Shown piece after piece: positions 33,538 to 39,764 of a stretch of 39,764 nucleotides of DNA; the first letter of the stretch is position 1; each line of letters starts with the position of its first letter. The notes under the pieces were generated by a model. The model worked only from the letters and a program-made list of their open reading frames with translations, made no database searches and had not been told where the DNA came from. The position numbers and the translations under genes are program-made. Where the stretch lies: positions 1 to 39,764 of the IMG/VR virus record IMGVR_UViG_3300033067_001238. One strand, written 5' to 3'. The DNA comes from a virus (taxonomy: Duplodnaviria > Caudoviricetes).

Positions 33538-33974
33538 TAGTCGGCTACCACTTCATAATAGGCTGTATACGAAACAGTTCCGGCAGCGGAAAGATTAGCA
33601 AACAACGCCTCATTCACTCCGAGCATGAAATGCCCCCCTGGGACCTGCCATACTGCAAGCCCTCCTGTAGGAAGAAGATACTGTTTCCCGAATACAGCTC
33701 CCCCTGCAAGAGATGCGGCTTTAAGTCCGACTGTAAGAGCTGTAGTGGCATGAGTGTTAGACGCTACACATCTAAGTAACTTGATTCTTAACCCTGCTCC
33801 TGGGGCTGCAATTAAAGAGGTGTCCCCGGAATTTGTTACGTCTACTGGGGCTGGAGTAACTTCGATACCCGCCATAGTTTGGCGTCCGTAACGGTCTCCG
33901 ACAGGAAGTACAGTCCCACCATCGGCTAGGACTGAATTAGTTCGGGTCTTAAATGCTCTCAACGCTGTGATCAT
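33537..33974 (-). CDS. Small tail-associated structural protein
   Basis: 145 aa, beta-rich; LIAAPGAG..I... Confidence 0.55.
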   Translation of the reverse strand: MITALRAFKTRTNSVLADGGTVLPVGDRYGRQTMAGIEVTPAPVDVTNSGDTSLIAAPGAGLRIKLLRCVASNTHATTALTVGLKAASLAGGAVFGKQYLLPTGGLAVWQVPGGHFMLGVNEALFANLSAAGTVSYTAYYEVVAD

Positions 33975-36517
33975 TGCTGAATCCTGTCTAACTCAGTCTT
34001 ATACCTGCTAGCCTCATCTATTTTAGAATTAGCCTGAGGTGCTACTTTTTTGTTATTTGGGGCGAACCCGGCTTGATTCATTTGAATCCGAGTAGCCTTC
34101 TTGTATGGGTCAACTCCGTCATCAATTAAGTATGACAATTTAGATCTAATCCGAAGTATGTCACGAGGACTTGCCCCGGCAAGCTTAGTCTTCAATGAGG
34201 TCTGAATAGCTTGGTAGAGATTTGGGTAAACGGTTTTTACAGCATCTACTGACTCTCGGGTGAGAGTCCCAGTCTTAACTTCATCTAGTATCGACATCGG
34301 GCTGAAAATGGCGTGAACTTTGCGAGAGTACTTTGACATCTCGTTGTCTGAAGGGCTCCACGGCGGAATAGGGCCACCCGGAAAGAGTGGAGGAGGAGGT
34401 TTAGGAGCAGCCTCCATCAAGTATTGAATCCCCGCCATCGTATTAGAGGACATAAGAGCAAAGTTAGTAGGAGCGTGGTCGGCCAGGTCAGGAGCTAGCG
34501 CGGAGAGGGCTTCTCCTACTTTATCAGGATTGGCTTGAGCGTGTGAAAGGTCCGTAACGAGCGCCTGTAAGCCTTTTCTTGGGTCGGCCTTATCTTCCCC
34601 TAGATAGCGTGACCAAACTCCTACAGAGCCAACGGCGGCGGCCTTTGCTGCGGCTTTAGCTGGAGCAGAGGAAAGCATTTCAGTCACTGCATTGTTGATT
34701 CTACCGTCGAAGCCTTCTAGGACCTTAGCGGCCTTGCCTAAGGTCTGGTACATTATGTAGTTGCCGTAGTGCTGCTTTACATACCCCGCTGCTAATCCTG
34801 CAACGGTTCCCGGTGCTCCTCCTGCAATAGCTCCCGCTCCTGCAAAGATGGTAGAACCAAGGCCAAACTTATTACGAGACACGGCGCGTTCTGTGGCCTT
34901 CTCTAGAACCATGTCCGACATCTGCATAATCTCACGCCATTTGGCGTTAGTCTTCTTGAAGATACTGGCTTCTTTGTTTAGTCCGGCATCAGCAAAGGTC
35001 CGATCTAGATGAGTATCCATGAGGTTAGAAACTACGTTCCAAGCGTCCGTTCCTCCATCTGTCTTAAAACCTTGCGCCTTCTCAGTGTTAAAAAGCTGAT
35101 CTTTGACTGATTGGCGAATGTTGTGGAGTTCGTTGAATGTGAAGCCCGGCAATCCTTCTCCCGTTGCGAATGCCTGAGCAATCTGTTCAGGAGTCATGCC
35201 CTGGGCCGCCATTTTTGCGCTGGCTTCCGCTTCGAATGAGGTTCTATAGAAGTCTATAGCCTTGACGTCTGGGCCTGCACGAGGGTCTTGAATGACTTTG
35301 CCGGGGATTGTAGTAGCTTCACCAGGAAGAGCGGTCCCATTAGAAATTGCATCGGCTACTTCGGGAGGCCACTTCCTAGTATCTGTCCCGTAGCGTTTAA
35401 AGGCTTGCTGAAGAATTTCATCTTGAGAAGCCGCGCCAGAGCCCCCCCCTGTGACTATTTGATCTGGTACATCGAGGTTCCCCTTCGTGTACTCTTTGCG
35501 AGTGGCTGAGAGACTATCTTCTATTGTCTGATAGGGGACAGTTGCCCCTAAGGCATCGGCTTGAGTTCTTAGGCCGGAGAGTTGATTGCCGGTCTTTTCT
35601 TTTGCCTCTAGTAGCTTCTCATGGATAGCTTCCGCTCCTCGTGCTTCGGTCAGCGGATCTACATTTTCATCCATCACCTTTGCAAAGTGATCTAGCCTTT
35701 CGGGTATAGACTTCTCATTGGTAACTTTCCCTAACTGCCGAAGATCTGAGGTCAATCCTCCTGCATTCTTAAACCGAAACTGATTTGATACGTCTCCGAG
35801 TCTTTCTGATAGGGCCGTGCCCTTCGCCAAAGCTGCTGTCCCCTTGACTGCATACCCAAGTAGAGAGGTCCCAAGTCCGACTCCACCACCTAGAGCGGCG
35901 CCTACCCCAAAGTCTTCGGCCACATGAGCTAACAACCCCTCAGATGCAATCTTAGGATCTCCGAGCATTTCTTCTGTTACACGATAAGGGATGTTGATAG
36001 CGGCATTCTCTGCGCCATACTTCACGGCAGTTTTAGCAAGAGTACTAGCGGCTACGGCTGCGGCCTTTTCTCCTCCGAGTGCTGCGACTTTCTGAACACC
36101 TTGAACTGCGGCATCTCCAAGAGTATCTAACCCCGCACCTAAAGGAGTGGCTAAGAGAGCTGCAGCGGTTCCTCCGATCCCACCGGCTATGTTGGCAACT
36201 GGGTGCTCACCCGTAATAGCGGAATCAATCGCCTTCTTTTGTGCTTTCTCTTCCTCGGTCCCAGTGTTCTCATAAATGAGTTGAGGAAGCCCGAGACCAA
36301 ACTGATTAGTAAACTGTCCGGCGGCTGCGGCAATAGTCGAGGCAATGGGGTGCTCTTTTACTACTCCCTTAATGGTTCGATCTACGAACTGCTCTTTAGA
36401 TTCAGGCTGCAACCCTGCCGAGAGTAAGTCTTGCTCTGCTTGAGGGTCAGTAACCTCAAAGGTCTCATTAGATTCTGGGTTTACTAAGAATTTGGACTGA
36501 TAGGTTTGGTCGGTCAT
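33971..36517 (-). CDS. Large ejection / DNA-transfer protein
   Basis: 848 aa, Ala/Gly-rich hydrophobic stretches; last of three ejection genes. Confidence 0.6.
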   Translation of the reverse strand: MTDQTYQSKFLVNPESNETFEVTDPQAEQDLLSAGLQPESKEQFVDRTIKGVVKEHPIASTIAAAAGQFTNQFGLGLPQLIYENTGTEEEKAQKKAIDSAITGEHPVANIAGGIGGTAAALLATPLGAGLDTLGDAAVQGVQKVAALGGEKAAAVAASTLAKTAVKYGAENAAINIPYRVTEEMLGDPKIASEGLLAHVAEDFGVGAALGGGVGLGTSLLGYAVKGTAALAKGTALSERLGDVSNQFRFKNAGGLTSDLRQLGKVTNEKSIPERLDHFAKVMDENVDPLTEARGAEAIHEKLLEAKEKTGNQLSGLRTQADALGATVPYQTIEDSLSATRKEYTKGNLDVPDQIVTGGGSGAASQDEILQQAFKRYGTDTRKWPPEVADAISNGTALPGEATTIPGKVIQDPRAGPDVKAIDFYRTSFEAEASAKMAAQGMTPEQIAQAFATGEGLPGFTFNELHNIRQSVKDQLFNTEKAQGFKTDGGTDAWNVVSNLMDTHLDRTFADAGLNKEASIFKKTNAKWREIMQMSDMVLEKATERAVSRNKFGLGSTIFAGAGAIAGGAPGTVAGLAAGYVKQHYGNYIMYQTLGKAAKVLEGFDGRINNAVTEMLSSAPAKAAAKAAAVGSVGVWSRYLGEDKADPRKGLQALVTDLSHAQANPDKVGEALSALAPDLADHAPTNFALMSSNTMAGIQYLMEAAPKPPPPLFPGGPIPPWSPSDNEMSKYSRKVHAIFSPMSILDEVKTGTLTRESVDAVKTVYPNLYQAIQTSLKTKLAGASPRDILRIRSKLSYLIDDGVDPYKKATRIQMNQAGFAPNNKKVAPQANSKIDEASRYKTELDRIQQ

Positions 36518-38595
36518 TGAACCTTCTTAGCTCCTGGTAGTTCACCCGCTTGAAGCTTTTGCGCTCTTACCCATTGCAGGAACTCTGGACTAGCCGAAGA
36601 CATAGTTGCTTGAGCTGAATCGAGTAGCATCCGTCCGTACTTGTCTTTGAACCGTTTCAACATGCCAGGAACTTCATCGCTCCATACTCCTCGGCGAATA
36701 GATTGCCCCGCTGCTGTCAGTGGATTAGAGGCAAATAGATTTGAAGGTAACTCAGTTTCTAGGGCTGGCTTAATTACAGAAGAGAACCCTCTTAGCCCTC
36801 GATCTTGGGCCTGAACTACTTTGGTTTTAAGATTGTTCACAAGAGCGTTCATCTCATTCCACTTTGCGCCATTCATGGTTACAGGCTGACCATCTTTGTA
36901 AAGCTCTTGGAGTCTATCCACGTCTCTTATTATCTCTTGCCGATACTGCAAGGCGGACTGAAAATCTCCCGTCATCTTATCGCTCTTGGAAAGGCCTACC
37001 TCTTCCCCGTTTAACCCAGTAAGTATTCTTGGAGAAATTTTAGGATTGGCAGCGAGCTTCCTTAGAACTTGCTGGTATGGAGTGAGAGGAGCAGTTTGCC
37101 CCCCGAATAAAGCTTCCAGCGCATTAACTTCGCTCTGCTTAGCCTGATACTTCATCGCTAGCTCTGCTTGCTTCTGCTGAAGCACACCCACTGCAATGGC
37201 GGCGTTCTGCTTGGCAATTTCTGAGCCTGATTTGGCGGCAATCACTTTTACTTGGGCTTCAGTCTGGGCCAACATTTGGGCTCTAGTCTGAGCTTCCGCT
37301 GCTTCCACATTCCTTGTCATGGCAAGGTTAGCGGCCATTAAGGATTGCTCTTGCTTGAGGTTGTCACCTTTAAGATCGATATTGGCTTTTTGAATGCGGA
37401 TATCTTTATCTATAGCGTCATCAATGAGCTTTAATCCTGCCTGAGTATTCCCTGCTAGCGCCTGGACTATCGAACCAACTCCGAGAAGGATAGTGGAGAA
37501 AGTAGATTGACTTTTAAAGAGATGGTTGGGATCTATAGAAGCATTTCCGAACTCGATTACCTTCTGACGATACCGATCCATATCGGCCTGAGTCTGAGCT
37601 TCAACCGCTTGACGCTTCTGTGCAAAGTTTGCACCTTGAGAGGCTAGTTCTTTTTGCTGTTGCTCATATACCCCGGCCTGTTGCGTTAGTGCGTTAGATT
37701 CGGCTGCGGCCTTTCCTACGATTCCCTCTCCCTGCGTCAACATAGCATTCTGAAGAGCGATGTTCCCGGCCTGTTCCCCAGCACTTAGAGAATCCAATAA
37801 CCCGATAGGATCCCCACTCTGAGCTTGGGCTTGAGCATTGGCTAGAGTCTGACTCTGTATAGCTTGGGCCTGCTGAATATTAGTCTTAGCCTGAGGCTCT
37901 TCTTCCCAAGAGTCAGTGGCTCCATGACCACTAAAGCCTGAAGGCTGAGGGGTTGCCGGTCCTAGTGCTGGCGTTGGAGTAGGTTGAGGCGTCTCTGCTG
38001 GCATAGAAGGGCCAGGAGTAGGGGCCTCTTGAGGAAGTGGGATAGTAGTAGGTTGAGGTGTAGGAGTTGGTTGCCCCGTGATCTTCGCTACATAGTTCTG
38101 AGTCTCTTCTGGTAATGCGTGAGCGATATCAGCAAAGGAAGAACCCCCAGTAGCCTTTAAAGCCTTATCCACGGTCCCAGGACCAGCATTATAGGCGGCT
38201 AGAGCTAGCGCTGGGTCTCCGTACTTCTGCATCATCTGCTTATAGTACTCGGTTCCAATCTTCGCATTGTCTTCAGGATTCTTTAGATCATAGCTCTCCA
38301 TCCCAAGCTTCCCCGCTACTTCTTTTGCGGTAGCTGGCATTACTTGCATCAATCCTTGCGCGCCCTTTGGTGAGACTGCATTAGGATTACCAGAGCTTTC
38401 GGCCTGAATGATTTTAGGAATCATAGATTGCAATTGATCTGGACCAACGCCCTGTTCCGCTGCTGCTGCGGCAACGTCATCTATCTGCTTGTTCTGGTCC
38501 AAGCTCATCATAAGCTTAGAGGCAATCTGAGGAGAGATCTTGCCTGACTCTAAGAGGCCCTGAAGTACACTAGGATCTAAGTCGCCTACTGCCAT
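36514..38595 (-). CDS. Ejection protein with N-terminal lytic transglycosylase (SLT)
   Basis: AESSGNPNAVSPKGAQGLMQVMPATA, ALAAYNAGPG, ETQNYV; P/T linker; Q/A coiled coil. Confidence 0.92.
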   Translation of the reverse strand: MAVGDLDPSVLQGLLESGKISPQIASKLMMSLDQNKQIDDVAAAAAEQGVGPDQLQSMIPKIIQAESSGNPNAVSPKGAQGLMQVMPATAKEVAGKLGMESYDLKNPEDNAKIGTEYYKQMMQKYGDPALALAAYNAGPGTVDKALKATGGSSFADIAHALPEETQNYVAKITGQPTPTPQPTTIPLPQEAPTPGPSMPAETPQPTPTPALGPATPQPSGFSGHGATDSWEEEPQAKTNIQQAQAIQSQTLANAQAQAQSGDPIGLLDSLSAGEQAGNIALQNAMLTQGEGIVGKAAAESNALTQQAGVYEQQQKELASQGANFAQKRQAVEAQTQADMDRYRQKVIEFGNASIDPNHLFKSQSTFSTILLGVGSIVQALAGNTQAGLKLIDDAIDKDIRIQKANIDLKGDNLKQEQSLMAANLAMTRNVEAAEAQTRAQMLAQTEAQVKVIAAKSGSEIAKQNAAIAVGVLQQKQAELAMKYQAKQSEVNALEALFGGQTAPLTPYQQVLRKLAANPKISPRILTGLNGEEVGLSKSDKMTGDFQSALQYRQEIIRDVDRLQELYKDGQPVTMNGAKWNEMNALVNNLKTKVVQAQDRGLRGFSSVIKPALETELPSNLFASNPLTAAGQSIRRGVWSDEVPGMLKRFKDKYGRMLLDSAQATMSSASPEFLQWVRAQKLQAGELPGAKKVQ

Positions 38596-39764
38596 TATTT
38601 AGCCTGTTGGTTTTTTAGGTCTTGATCGTTTGCCTTTTGTTGCGAATCTGCTGCGGCCTGGTCCAGCCCGAGCTGGTTCGTTTCTCTCAACCCTTCGAGA
38701 GCGTTATTGCTAGCCTGGATAGTGGCATTGGAACTAAGCCCCGCCGAAGAGATCTGTGCATTAGCGCCAATTCTTGCCTTATTTTCATCTCCATAGATTT
38801 GAGATTGAGCGATATTGGCTTGGTTAACGGCTCCCGAGTTTGCGAGATTTACTTGCTGTTGAAGAGCTGCCGTATACTTCGACATATCATTGGCGTTAGA
38901 AGCTCCGGTCATAGATTCAGTAGATGAAATGTCTGCCTGCTTCCCGATTAGAGCGTTCTGAGCTGCCGCTGTTTGGTTATACGCCGACTGGTTTAGGTTG
39001 CCTTGCGCCAGATTAGTCTGATTAAGAGCTTGCATGTTGGTGCCTGCGGCTTCCTGCTCGAGGTTTGCTTGGGTCTTAGTGAAGTCATTCGCTTGAGCCG
39101 CATTCTGTAGAGCGGCTGCATTAGAGAGCTGCCCTTGTCCAAGGTTAATGGCATTAGAGCTGTTCTGATTAGCCTGAGAAGCTTCGAGCTGCATAGCTGC
39201 TAGCTGCTTAGCAAAGTCATTTTGAGAGCCTACATTGAACTGCTGATTCTGCTGAGAGAGATTGGCATTCTGCATTGCTGCATTCTGTTCAGCGCTACGG
39301 CCTTGATTAACTACGCTTCCGAGCTGGTTCTGAGCATTTATCTGCTCTTGCATTCTCTGAATAGCGCTTTGGGCCGCGAGGTCTTGATTGGCTCCCGCTG
39401 CATTCATCATAGCTTGACGACCAGCTAACCCGTTACCTCTTCCTCTCGAAGAAGCGGCCATAGCCATTTGTTGGGCAACATTTCGATCCGCTGCTAGTTT
39501 GAACTGAGCGTTAGCAATAGATGGGCCTGTCCCGTTAGCCTGGGCCTGTAGCTGACTAATTAACTGCCTTTGGTCCCCTCTGTATTGGTTATCCCCAGTT
39601 AGATCTAACTGCGAGCCCTGGGCCTGTCCTGCTGGCCCTAGAGTAGGCGCATTGATTTGAGCTGCTGGCCCTAGCTGTGCTGCTTGAGCGTTAGTAACCC
39701 CTCCTAGTCGAGCGGCTTGCATCTGAGCGGCTGGGCTTAATTGAGCGGCTTGAGTTTCGGCGGC
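38595..39764 (-). CDS. C-terminal part of DNA pilot/ejection protein with 11-aa repeats
   Basis: Frame open to the window end; Q/A/N-rich hendecad repeats; GPS.A..Q motif. Confidence 0.8.
   Translation of the reverse strand, partial: AAETQAAQLSPAAQMQAARLGGVTNAQAAQLGPAAQINAPTLGPAGQAQGSQLDLTGDNQYRGDQRQLISQLQAQANGTGPSIANAQFKLAADRNVAQQMAMAASSRGRGNGLAGRQAMMNAAGANQDLAAQSAIQRMQEQINAQNQLGSVVNQGRSAEQNAAMQNANLSQQNQQFNVGSQNDFAKQLAAMQLEASQANQNSSNAINLGQGQLSNAAALQNAAQANDFTKTQANLEQEAAGTNMQALNQTNLAQGNLNQSAYNQTAAAQNALIGKQADISSTESMTGASNANDMSKYTAALQQQVNLANSGAVNQANIAQSQIYGDENKARIGANAQISSAGLSSNATIQASNNALEGLRETNQLGLDQAAADSQQKANDQDLKNQQAK

Noticed and set aside
1-39764. Stop-codon reassignment suggested by frequent TAG/CTAG and odd tRNAs
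   Set aside because: Genes are full length under code 11, and TAA, TAG and TGA all end genes at tight junctions

Overview
The window looks like an essentially complete ~39.8-kb temperate podovirus-like (short-tailed dsDNA) phage genome, opened inside one gene: the minus-strand frame leaving position 1 continues in frame at position 39764. The minus strand carries a lysis cluster, terminase, portal, scaffold, major capsid, adaptor/nozzle, three ejection proteins and two enzymatic tail-spike-like proteins. The plus strand carries early genes, a tyrosine recombinase, a RecE-like exonuclease with Bet/RecT, a replication initiator with a helicase loader, a RusA-like resolvase, an Acb2/Tad1-like protein and many small accessory ORFs. 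The most unusual region is 14.0-14.9 kb. It holds two aberrant tRNA-like elements (one lacking its anticodon arm, one with the anticodon loop replaced by a long hairpin), a G/C-run pac-like segment, two perfect inverted DnaA boxes and three tandem sigma-54 (-24/-12) motifs facing no sense gene. Other highlights are a symmetric dif-like site just downstream of the recombinase, unannotated paralogous micro-peptides sharing IKDxxGWSVRPEN, and a tandem array of MKSKCC zinc-ribbon cassettes. All calls come from motifs and synteny read by eye; no database searches were run and the host is unknown.
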